Source: Carcharhinus amblyrhynchos (Eukaryota). Taken from it: a stretch of DNA of 64,000 bases. Where the stretch lies: contig OZ336885.1 in NCBI GenBank assembly GCA_965287045.1, positions 60,636,001-60,700,000 of the forward strand, written 5' to 3'. Position 1 is the stretch's first letter; each line of letters starts with the position of its first letter. A program made the translations under genes and the position numbers. Positions 38,511 to 50,079 of this stretch are shown here, one piece after another. A model generated the notes under the pieces. The model saw nothing but the letters and a program-made list of their open reading frames with translations, searched no databases and was not told the DNA's origin.

Positions 38511-39399
38511 TGGAAAGTTATAATAAATACTGGAATTGTGCCCGGAGAACCGAAAATTGCATGAAAAGCTTATATAGTAAAGTTGTTGCATAGTTGTTTT
38601 AAGCGACGCTCATATGGCTTGATGGCCATGTCATTTGGAATTTCTACAGGTTCCTGTTTTAGAATCATTTTCTGTTCTGTAATGACAACAGGTCCTGCAA
38701 TATATTATTGCAATTAGATTGAATCTTCATGTGCAATTCACCTCATTTTTTTTTGTTTGTTTTAAAACTACACAGTGTATGTTTGCGCTTTACAGAAACA
38801 TAAAATATGAACTTTAGCTGCTGATTGATTAGGGAAAATAGATTTCATACAAAAAGACAAAAAAACCCTCTGGTGCGGAGTCTAAAAGTATGCTTGAAAA
38901 TTCAAAGCCTGCCAAATACCTAAAACTTTACTGTCCCACACGCTGACAACCATATTTGGCGACAAATTACTTACTAATGCTTTAACCCACTTTCAAATGA
39001 ACTTCTTGGTTGGGTATTAGCATTTTTCTGGAGGAGCACAAGGAGTAATGATGCATTGATCAGATGCTGTCTGCACCGCTTCGGTCAAGCCGATAGAATT
39101 TAACATAATAAAAGGCTTGCAATCTGTTTTCCGTTTCTAAACATCCATTTCAGCTGGCATTGTTAATTCCTGCCTAACGAACAGCACACCTATCCAATCT
39201 GTTATTAGGTAGGCTGCAATGCTCCTTGACCTATACGTTTCTGAATCCTGAATCTTGGACCCAAGTGCACATAACAGTCTCTCTCTATCGCCATTAGTTA
39301 GTAAATTGTATAGAAAAAAAAGTAGGCAATCAATTGATGGATTTTCGAGAAGACATTCGGCTTTACCAAGTAACCCTATCGATGCAGTGTAGCCTTTAC

Positions 39400-39582
39400 A
39401 GAAATCATAGCAACCCTACAGTGCAGAAAGCGGCAATTTGGCCCATCCAATCTGCACCGACCACAATCCTACCCAGGCCCTATCTCAATATCCCTACATA
39501 TTTTACGTGCTAATCCACTCATCTCAGTACACGAAGGGACAAATTTAGCATGGCCAATCAACCTAGCCCGCACATCTTGGCC
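39400..39582 (-). mobile_element. HE1-type SINE 3' half
   Basis: aatttagcatggccaatcaacctagcccgcacatctt. Confidence 0.8.
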
Positions 39583-40062
39583 TTCTTTCTCTATTATAAG
39601 GGACATCTGGCATTCAACCACATTGATCTTCAATGCTTAAACATAACGAGTTTATTGACAACCTTTTGTACTCTCTGTCATTGCAAATTTATTTATCAAT
39701 CAAGGCTGTTCATAGGAATTGCAAAACACTTCAAGTATTTATAAAGTGTTCTGCTGAAACAACTGGATTACTCACAGGGAGGTACAGCGATGGCGAGCGA
39801 CTAACCTGCTATTTTAAAAATAGATTGCACTACTGACAATAATGCTGAGGCGGACGCTGTGGAATATTTCCGTTTCGAGAGTTTTTTTTTTCTAGCGTGT
39901 AATAATTTCACTCTGGAACTATACTGCAAGTTTCAAGGGCATACTGCGCATTGAAGTAACGGCTATCTTCAAGATGTCGGCTCCTTCACTACTGAATCAA
40001 GCATTTATCTAAATGGCATTGCTATTATTCCAAGCACAGCGATGAGTCTTGAATGGAAATAC

Positions 40063-40086
40063 CTATTGTCCCCTCTAACTGGAATC
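40063..40086 (-). CDS. 24-nt micro-exon, (G)FQLEGTI
   Basis: ttgtttcag|GATTCCAGTTAGAGGGGACAATAG|gtattt; paralog of 23875-23899. Confidence 0.45.
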
Positions 40087-40603
40087 CTGAAACAATTACC
40101 CGTGAGGACATTTGGAACAATGTCAACTTCCTCGCTTACAGGTTGTTGCATCAACTTTCCATTTTGCTTCTCTCTCAACATTGTGCAGCAGGAATTGCAA
40201 ACAAGAGAGCAGTTGTTGGCCGCAAAATTCACGCCACACAAAATGTTATCGTAGCTTGGAATTTATTCGAGGAGGGCGTCCTAACCTCATGATGTTGGCA
40301 AAATTAGTTGAGATACCAAGAAAACTTAAAGGCTGAACTTCCATGTGGGCATTTTCGAATGTGTACCAAACCGGTCGCTATGTCTGTTATATACATCTCA
40401 ATTGACGGCACGATATGTAAGTATCGAGTATTCATGTCGATGGCTAAAATTCCAAATGGGATGTTAGCCACTTTTTATGTCTTTGTCCTGCAGGACAGAA
40501 ATAGGATAGACCTACTGTTCAGCAGTTATATTGTTTTACTGAACAATTCAGGATTTTTACAAAGATCACAATAATTTTGCTCGGTAAACTATTTTAACCT
40601 TAC

Positions 40604-40630
40604 TCAGTAATATGATATTCTAATATTAGT
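40604..40630 (-). CDS. 27-nt micro-exon open only in phase 2, (Q)LILEYHIT
   Basis: cattcttttag|ACTAATATTAGAATATCATATTACTGA|gtaagg; frame matches the 16-nt exon upstream. Confidence 0.45.
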   Translation of the reverse strand, partial: TNIRISYY

Positions 40631-40743
40631 CTAAAAGAATGATGGTAATGATGAGAATCATAGCAATTATTATTACAATCGTAATAATGCCAACAGTCTA
40701 ACGGGTTATTAAAACAGTAACTAACGGTCTTGGACTAACTTAC

Positions 40744-40759
40744 TGGATAGAGAGAAGAT
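40744..40759 (-). CDS. 16-nt micro-exon, phase 1 to 2, (D)LLSI
   Basis: aatctttcag|ATCTTCTCTCTATCCA|gtaagt. Confidence 0.45.
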
Positions 40760-40865
40760 CTGAAAGATTGGTTTGCCCATTCCTCTCAATCTTTTCCGTT
40801 AATGGGACTTCACACACATTCTTCCAAACGGTTGAGGAGTATTGGAATTAGCTATTGTCATTTAC

Positions 40866-40892
40866 CTGATTCTTTTTCCTCTATGTCTTCCT
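40866..40892 (-). CDS. 27-nt micro-exon, (E)EDIEEKES
   Basis: ctttccgttgtttcgcag|AGGAAGACATAGAGGAAAAAGAATCAG|gtaaat. Confidence 0.75.
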
Positions 40893-41439
40893 CTGCGAAA
40901 CAACGGAAAGAGAACTCTTGAGCCCCATGTGCTGTGCTGGTCCCTCTCTCATCGATTTCGTTATAACAGAAAAATAGATGCCAGTTTTCACTTTTTCGAC
41001 AGACCACATCGTTTTTATTGCCATTCAACACTGCTTATTTTTTTTCTCTCCCCCATGACTAGTAAGCTGCCGCCAGGGGGTGGGGGAGGCGCTGATGATT
41101 ATGTAACTGCAGGCCGACATCCCCATCATTAAAACTTTCAATTTGAATACATGTTTTTACAAATAATCTGTACCCAGCCTCATCGACTTAGCTTGAATAC
41201 GCATGAAAACACATTAATCCTTTGTGAATGACACAATATAAACAGATTCGTTTCCATCAGAAATCACCGGTGGCCAGTCTCGTTAAGAGGAAATATTAAG
41301 TTATATTTCATTTACCAGCGTTTATTGCCCATCACTAGTTACCCCTTAGAATGTAGTGGTGAGATGCCTTCACGAACCGCTGCGGACACTGAGGTATAGG
41401 TGCACACATAGTGGAATTAGGGACGGAGTCCATTTCACA

Positions 41440-41935
41440 TGAAAGTGCATGTCAGATGCTGCACAAATTGGATAGGTGTAAGGGAAAAAGAGCATCGCCA
41501 AACATTATTTAAATGGTGATACATTGGGAACTGTTGATATACAAAAGAACATGGGTCCCCCTGCACACCAGTCGAAAGGAAGCAGGCAGATACAGTAAGC
41601 AGTTAGGAAGACAAATGGATTATTAGGCTTCATTGGAAGTTTCTTGGTATACAGGAGGAAGGCAATCTCGCTGCAGTTTTACAGGGCCCTGAAGTACCGT
41701 GTGCAGTTTTTGTCTCCTTATCTAAGAAGTTATAAACTTGAATTCCACGCAGTGCAGATCAACTTCACAGCTACTGAAAGAGGCCATACACTTATGTCTT
41801 ACGGTCAGTCATTTTGTGGAGTTCAGATCACTGGATGTTTTTTAAAAAATGAATTGATAGACTTGTGGACAGGAAATATTGTAGGGGCGAGAACTTCTTA
41901 TGATTTAGATAGAGATAGAAAATCAGCCATGATAA
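41440..41935 (+). mobile_element. Old CR1 3' fragment
   Basis: LQFYRAL..YRVQFLSPYLR motif. Confidence 0.7.
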
Positions 41936-42125
41936 ATGTTCCAGCATTCGCAGTAATTTGATTTTATCATAATGAATGGTCCATCAGGCTCCTTCGGCCA
42001 AATGCTGTTATTTTTTAAATGCTTCTTTATTCTCGTCCTTCGTTCATTTTCACATCCCAATCTTAAGAAGATTATTATCAACTGGTGGCAGCACTGTACA
42101 TTCAGAGAACACTTAAAATTCTCAC

Positions 42126-42149
42126 ACTCATCTTTTACTCTTCTTAAAA
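42126..42149 (-). CDS. 24-nt phase-1 micro-exon, (V)LRRVKDE
   Basis: catcag|TTTTAAGAAGAGTAAAAGATGAGT|gtgaga; weak pyrimidine tract. Confidence 0.4.
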
Positions 42150-42889
42150 CTGATGTGTTTCGGTTAGGTACGAAATATAAATTGTATGTTTTAATATATC
42201 TCGGTTGTTTTTTTAGCCAAATTGTATTTGTAATGTTCATGGGAAATATCACTGGGACGTGATACTCTGACAGGAAAACTGCACTGCCCATGCATGCGTT
42301 TGTTGGTTACTGACATATGACTGTAATCTCAGTTTCTCTGTGTCCAATTGACATTGGGGCACCGTTTGTTATGATTAGAAATTCATTGAGCTGCATAACG
42401 TTTGTTTTGATCTTTCTCTAATATTAAAGCTTATCTCCCCTGTTAGAACTACCCAATTAGTTGTTTAGTTTGCCTTAAACATCTGCATTATACCAGCTAT
42501 ACGCCTTCCTTTCACAAGTCAATAAGAAATGACACAATGCAATGATTCTACAATATTAAAATTTGCTATATGTTTCATACATAATTTGCTAATGAAGCTT
42601 GCTGAATTCCGAGAAACATTTTATAATGAGACATTGTTTAGAATGAGTACATTCTCCAGGCTTTGAACAACAATAATGCCATCAAAATAGCTAAAGAGCG
42701 ATATTGAGCCAGAACAACATTCTCGTAATTGTACCCACGGTCATCCTATCATTTTTACTAGTAACAATGCACGTTGTCCATATTATAGCCCTCCTAATAG
42801 TCACAGTCTATGTGTATATTTCTTCACTTAAACTAGAAATCAGTCTTCTTATTTCCACATCACTACACTTTCCTTCATCTGCCATTTAC

Positions 42890-42924
42890 CCTCTAATGAA
42901 GTCCCCCATTTTACTCATCCATGT
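42890..42924 (-). pseudogene. 35-nt micro-exon; restoring one T gives 36-nt (D)MDELKWGTSLE
   Basis: gttttttacag|ACATGGATGAGTAAAATGGGGGACTTCATTAGAGG|gtaaat. Confidence 0.5.
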
Positions 42925-43748
42925 CTGTAAAAAACTTGTATGCTGCCTTCAACCTTAGAATTTCAATACCCATGAAATACGGACAGCATTTTCTGTATTC
43001 CACAGTAACCAGTACATGCAACTTTTTATTTCTTAATCCTTTATAGCCTCAGTCGGGAACGCGGGCTCTCTGTCCTTACTGATCCGCATTATATCTCACG
43101 CATTGCAAAATATTTCTGGCGCAAGTAGTGGCTCCTTTTTCAAACTGATCTATCGCAGTGGTTATGGTCGGCATAGGATTGCTCTCCCTCGTCTTCTCGA
43201 ACCGTAACAACATGACTTGCACTTCATTTCACTACGGTGCAATTACATCCGTTTGCCGAATATGCACCACACCTTTGGCCCAATCAGATCTTTATGGTAG
43301 CAAGTTCGGTGCCTCATGTCCTACCCGTTCCCTGAACGCCATCCATGGTCTGAGTGCAATTCTTTCATCACTGTACATGAACTTTGTTTTGTATTTATAA
43401 CGGGGTTGGATGGTAATTCTATCCTTTCAGTGGATTCCGATAGATTCAAACAAATTCAATAACACAACAATCGTGTATTCTTTGCAAATAATCTTTCCAG
43501 GACTATATACTGCACATAACGTCCATCCTACTTTTCTTCACCTTAACCCATCAGTCGCGCTGTCCATCTATCTCACATTAATAATGACCTCAGCTGAAAT
43601 CTTACTAAAGCACTTTTACTAGAAGTTCACATTTACCGATTTTTTTTGCCGCAGCATACATTTCAATTCAACCAACAAATCGGTAATATACAAAATGTTG
43701 GAGAAAGTGTCCCGACAGCGTCATGATTATTGCGATTGTTATACTTAC

Positions 43749-43775
43749 TGCAGTTTTGCAAAAGAATTTTGAATT
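43749..43775 (-). CDS. 27-nt micro-exon, (E)FKILLQNC if phase 1
   Basis: cctcttttttag|AATTCAAAATTCTTTTGCAAAACTGCA|gtaagt; open in all frames; start resembles 62143-62169. Confidence 0.65.
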
Positions 43776-45580
43776 CTAAAAAAGAGGTAATACTGGCACT
43801 TACAGTATTGAATTAGATAATAACATCTATTCTCTTTACATTGTTATCCAGATAAACGTCCCACTGTTGAAATGCACAGATGATACAAAAAAACATTAAT
43901 TGGCAGGTTGAAGAAAATGGGTTCCTGAAACACACACCAAAAATAATTTGTTACAAGTGTGTTTTCAGTTCAATTATTAAATAGTACAGAATTACATTTT
44001 TCTTTTGAAATCATTCATGTTTAATATCATCCGATCATTTGTTGTATCTCCGAAATGGAAGAAGATTTGTCAAATAAAATAAAACAAATTTAACTTGTTA
44101 TGAGAATTTTCATGACAGTAGTGGAAACACTTTTCACACAACCCAGTCTTTGAATCAAGACATGCTTGTAAAATCAGAAAAGGAACAGTTAACTGTGGGA
44201 AACAAGTTGGAATTAGAGATTGGACATTTTTATCATGGATTGTGTAAAATGAGGAATGAATCTGGAAAAATCACACACACACTTATAAATAGTTGAACTG
44301 ACTGATTTGCTCGATCCTTTCATAGAGAGGGCTTTTAATTAACCCCATTGCAGTAAGTTTGGAGTTAAGTGTTGGATGGGCCAATTAAATATGTCAGGTT
44401 TTCTTCTCCAGATCATATTAGTGAACCAAAAATGGCTCACCGTAAACAACAAATTTAACATCACCGTTTATGTTTGAATTCAAAACTAAAGATCTCCAAA
44501 GTAGGATTCAAATGTGTATCCCCAGCGAATTATCTTTGGATCGTTTGTCCACTGCCAATACCACTGTTCCACCGTACCAGCACAATGAAGAAGAAATCCA
44601 GTTAGTTGATCATAACCGTAACATCTAACAAAAAGGAATATTCAGCTAGACCCATCCACTTAACTTTAATCATTCCCCAGTGAATATCTATCCTTAATGT
44701 ATCAAGTATCGTCTTCCGAATGTCACTGTTTAAACTGCTTTAAAATGGACTGTTTCCAGCAGTTATCCACATTTTAAATCTCCCTTCAGCATCAGCTAGT
44801 ACAAAACATTCGGATTTTGTGGGTGCTAAACTTCCAGCCTAACATTTCTGGACAGAAATACAAACATATATGTATTCCAACGGCCATGCAACACAGCATG
44901 GCCGTTGGAATAGCAGAATTTTAGTTAAATAATCTTATATTCTGTTCTTTTCCGGACTCCAATCTCTAGAGAATTGAAAGAGACAGATAACTACTTGTTC
45001 CTCGAGGTCCCAAGCAGCAACTGAACTTGGTTGTCTGTGTGAGCCTGGCCACACCCAGTGACACGACTCGTCCTGTCAATTAATGTATCACACCCCACTC
45101 TTATGAACCCCAGGATCGCACACTCAAATAACCAGATTGCATTAACGCAGGTTAAAAAGAAGACACCAGATGTTAGGATGAAATATGTTTCTCTAGCATA
45201 ACATGAGGTCTACTGATAGTCAAACTGGCATTTAAGAAATAGAAATGGCTTCTAAAAATCCTGCATATGAATAATGACACAAATAGAGGCAGGAATACGG
45301 CAACCTGTTGAGAAATATCTCCCGATTATTATAATGAACATTAGGACAATGGAGGCACATTGAGATTTTCTCCATGTAGTTTCTGTTTAGCGGGTTACAA
45401 ACAAGTCATCCATTTTAATAGTTGGTTGGCCTTTTCGTGCATATTTTTTAAAGCCTCAGGGCGATAATTCCCCACATATCGATCGAATCTTTTGGGAGCA
45501 TTATTGAAGGGCGATCAACGGTCTTTCATGGACAGTGTCAACAAAATAAGGGTCATTTTATTTTGTTGGGATATTCTTAC

Positions 45581-45607
45581 CTTTCTCCTTCTGCTTTTGG
45601 TTTTGTT
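45581..45607 (-). CDS. 27-nt micro-exon, (E)QNQKQKEK
   Basis: tttatctttctcatag|AACAAAACCAAAAGCAGAAGGAGAAAG|gtaaga. Confidence 0.75.
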
Positions 45608-46054
45608 CTATGAGAAAGATAAATAATGCAAAAGTTTCACAAATAAGTCGTTCTTGGCTCATTAGGTTTCCGTTAAACCACTGTTTTGAATCAATTTAGA
45701 ATGTGCAATTGTCTCTTATTTTATCATTCCTCTTGCTTCATAACACAAGCCCAGTGATGCTTGTATCACTTCTTGCAGTCTCCTAGCAGCTTCCAGTGAT
45801 AGATTTTGGAAGATGATATGCCTATGAGGGAATACAGGCTGGGATTGGTTAGTAATGCAAGGTGGATAGTAACATTATTGACCACCCTCGTTGTTTATTT
45901 GGAGAGACGAATTGAAACATTAGGCCAGCAGCCCACGCGATAACCCTCTCTTATGCGCCAGAAGCTGAGTTCGATTTCTGATTCAACGTCTAAAGCATAT
46001 CAATGTTTTTGCTGTACTCTTTTCAGGCCGTTTTCTTCTGCGAACATTGAAATG

Positions 46055-47430
46055 GCATGCCATGCAGATGCCGATGTTGGACTAAGGTGGACAATATGAG
46101 TGGTCACACAGCACAAGGTTACAGACTAATGTGCTCATTTGAAATCACAAGCTTTCAGGGCACTGCTCCTTCGTTAGGTGAAGTGAAGCGAGATGCACAG
46201 ACACAGATTACATTGGTGGAGTAGCGACAGAGTATCAAAGGATAAGTACAGACAGTGCAGACAGGCTGAATAACAAGGCTTCACAAGTAATCACGAGCGC
46301 TAATCGACAAATGCAAACAGTTGTGTAATCAGTATATGCAATGTTTCAACAGCTGAATAATAAGTGCAGGAATGACCTAAGAACTTATAAATTAAGACCG
46401 GGAGAAAATTATAAACAATCAAAGAATGAGATGTTGTGAAACGCAATGCAACATAAATTAGATGGAGTGATCGTCACCCATAACCAACGTGTGCATGGTG
46501 TTAAAACAGGACAGTCAGTGAGATTCTTCCCCCATCAAACAAAATGGTGGGGTTGCATTTAGCCGAGATCGGAACTTAAGATTACGGTTAAGGCCGCCTT
46601 AAAGAATGTGGAACTTGTCCATTTGTTTCTGCTCGGTGATCCTGTATTGTTAAGCGCCTCGAGGACTGCCTAGCAGAAGCCTTATCCCAAGATCGGAGAC
46701 TGAATGTCCTTGACCACTGAAGTGTTCTCCAACTGGGAGGGAGTACACCTGCTTGGCGGTTGCTGCGTGGTTTTCTTTCACCCATCGCTATAGTATCTAG
46801 ACGATTTCGCTGATATACCACGCCCTGTGGCATCCTTTCCTGAAGCATACATGGTAGACTACATTGGCCGAGTGACATGAGTAGGTGGTGTTTCCTCGTG
46901 TGATGGTTATATTTGATCGATGATCTGGGATGTCCTGCAGTGGTTACCGTAGCAGGACTGTGTGGCGTCACAATCGCTGTTCTTCTGAAGGCTGCAAACG
47001 GTGGGTTGTTTGAGTTGGTTGTTTGAAGGTGAGTAACGAAGATACAGGGATTCACTTGGCAAAGGTTTGTCTAATTGACGTCATGTTGAAGACTGCAAAA
47101 AAGACAGGTGCAGCTTCTCTGCTCTGGAGAAGGGCTAAACAATGATGAGGAAACTGCCGTTCTTGTCCTGCATCTGTCTCCTGAGAAAGGTGTTATAGTA
47201 TTTCGTAGAGGCACTTTGGAACATTCGCTGGATGGTTTGTAAATCGTATCCCGCTCCTATGCGGACGTTCTTCAGGTCTGAAGATGTCCATCGCGTTTCT
47301 CTTTGTTCGAGCAGGTCCACTGTATATGCAGGGCTTGTCTGTAGGCGGTGGCACATTTAACATTCTTGTGGTGGAAGCTGGAGAAGTGGGTAACTGTGAC
47401 TTATCCGTGGGTTGACTGCTGAAAAGGGAG
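46055..47430 (-). mobile_element. Degenerate Penelope-like element (RT end, GIY-YIG endonuclease, terminal repeat)
   Basis: Frame reads WYISE...SLPVGEHFSGQGHSVSDL...EQK...GGLNR with stops, typical of PLE GIY-YIG C-termini. Confidence 0.8.
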
Positions 47431-47825
47431 TCACTGCTGTAATGTTTGGAAATAACAGAAAAATGATCATTTTTGCAAGGCGGAAATAGTTCTCATCTCT
47501 GAGGAATCACAACAACAACATCAAAGAGGAGTACCTCGCCCCATAATCTGTAAAACATTTATGTGAAATAGTCTATCCTGCTCATCAGAAACTACTGGTT
47601 TCTAAATACAAAATAAATCCCTGACACTTAGTCTAAAATCATTTATCTATTTATCTAACTAAGAGAAAGCAGATTCACCGAACTATTAACAGACTCAACA
47701 GAACAAGTTCTAATGGCATGCTGTTCCAGTTAATACAATTCGCACTCATTAACAAAAAATAAATAATTTAACTACTCTCTAAATTGCGTTTTCTGGAGTA
47801 TTTTGGGCCTTCTCTGTGGATTCTT

Positions 47826-48130
47826 CTTTCTTCTTTTGTACCATTACTGTCTAGATGGGGCTTTGAGTTAAGCGCTGTCAGCTATGACATGGTAGTTGCT
47901 CTCTCATTTTGTCTCACTGCTCCCTTCTTTTATACCTGTGATGCCATATCAATATTTCCCACAAAAGAATTGGTCCTCGGTTGTCAAAACCATTAGGTTT
48001 AAATTTAATATTTTCTTGGTATCTAACTGCCTAATTCAAATTGATCGTCTAAACAAAAAAGAAATCAAAAAGCTGAAAGCTTCTTGCCTTGGTAACACTG
48101 CTGTTTATTCTTTTGAAAAAGAAAATTTCA
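47826..48130 (+). repeat. About 305-bp direct repeat, copy 1
   Basis: Highly similar to 48930-49233. Confidence 0.95.
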
Positions 48131-48929
48131 TTTTGGGCAGCCTGTGCGCTTGAATTTTTAAACTCTAACCCCAGAGAATCACTTTAACAGAACAATGCAA
48201 TGCTTTCTCCTCTTAGCATTTTACAATTTTACAAACATCAAGTTCTAGCATTCTAATTTTCAATCTACAATTTCTCTACTCAGCTTCACAAAACCGTATG
48301 TTCAACAAGTTGTTGCGGACTAGATGGACAAAGTGCCCCCTTCAGCACTGTCGGAATTCTAACATCCTATGCTCCTAGAAACAATTGTGTTGGTGCTGAG
48401 TCACTGTCACAAACTCTCAGTTATATTTAGCTCAAACCTTTAGCAGAATAGTTACCCAAAGGGTGGTAAATGTTTCATAATGTCTTCGATACTGTGTTGC
48501 TGAGGCTGGAAATTCCTATTGATATTAGTCAGAAATTCAGCAAATTTAAATGAAGGCTATTAAATGGAATTAATATGATTTAGGGCTAACAAGGTAAGGC
48601 TAGCACCTGTAATGTTGGCTATGAAAGTAATTGAAAGATGTAAAGAACACTTCACACTTGGGAAGAAAATGTACCACCACGGTTGGTTTGGCCGCATATG
48701 TGGAGCCATGCCAAAGCAATGTGGTTCAGTCTTAACTATTCCTTTTGAGATACTAAGATCTTTCAAAGCTGTTAAGTTAACCAATAATGCATTATATGAC
48801 TTGAAAGGATAATTAAGATCGGTGTAGGCACTAGGTTCGTAGATGCAAATAGGACACCGACTTGTATACCATGGAAAGGTTTCTTTACTAAAACGTAGCC
48901 AATTGCACAAAATTGAGAGAACTGTCCTA

Positions 48930-49233
48930 CTTTCTTCTTTGGTACCATTACTGTCTAGATGGGTCTTTGAGTTAAGCGCTGTCAGCTATGACGGTGGAAG
49001 TTGCTCTCTCATTTTGTCTCACTGCCCCTTTCTTTTATGCCTGTGATGCCATATCAATATTTCCCACAAAAGGATTGGTCCTAGGTTGTCAAAACCATTG
49101 GTTTAAACTTAATATGTTCTTGGCATCTAACTGCCTAATTCAAATTGATTATCTAAACAAAAAAAATCAGAAAGGCTGAAAGCCCCTTGCCTTGGTAACA
49201 CTGCTGTTTAGTCTTTTGAAAAAGAAAGTTTCA
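48930..49233 (+). repeat. About 305-bp direct repeat, copy 2
   Basis: Highly similar to 47826-48130. Confidence 0.95.
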
Positions 49234-50079
49234 ACCAAAACTCCTAAAACCCATTAAGAGGTAGGAACGTAGTGTTCTGCAGGCTAGGTAATGAAGGAAC
49301 GGCAGAGCATCGACTGATATAACTGCTACTGATGGCCACTTAACGGTCTACCTTCATTGCTGCATCCACATGCCAATATGTTTAAAGCCAAGTTGAAATA
49401 AATATTCAAAATACAAAATATCTCTGAGTGGAGACTTCACTGTGCATCAATTATCGTTCACGGCCGAACGATCACTGTGCTGATCGAGTCGTGAAGAGCA
49501 AAAGAATGGGTTGCAGCAGATGGTGAGAGTACCAACTCGAGGCTGAAGCCTACTACATATTGTTCATTAAAAATACATTTCTGAGGCAAATATTTGCACG
49601 GTACAACGGTAACAAGTTTCAGTTTTAGTGCTTAAGGAGCAAAGGCCACTCTTCATTCTGAAGACAGCATCTGCCCTGTTTGTGACATTACCAGCAGATT
49701 ATGGAGCTCGATTCTGAACAGGCACAATCGTTTCGAACGGCCCATCCCTGAGATGCCTCGAGCCAACTGTGTTTATACACAAGGTGTAACCTCATAGCTC
49801 CTGTATGTCCCACAGGCTGTCGTCAGATTTAATCCGTTCATTAATACTTCTACATGTGTACTAGATAGAACAACAAGAATGGTATTCAGCATACCACCAC
49901 CGGCTTGTTTACCTTGTGAAGTCACAACACATAACGCTATGCATGGCAAGGATCAGAATCGAAACAACTTTTTATGAACAGGTGTGATTAGACTCCCAAT
50001 TCTTACTATATTCAGTCATGTGATAGGCAAATTAGGAATTTACTGTAGGAGAAGGAGGCTCCAGAAACATTTCCATTCT

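Noticed and set aside
38508-38530. Minus-strand donor gag|gtgaga
   Set aside because: Lies at the edge of a decayed CR1 fragment and has no family resemblance.
49351-49430. Signal-peptide-like segment LALNILACGCSNE ending at a phase-1 donor
   Set aside because: No in-frame ATG and no relation to the exon families; support too weak to call.
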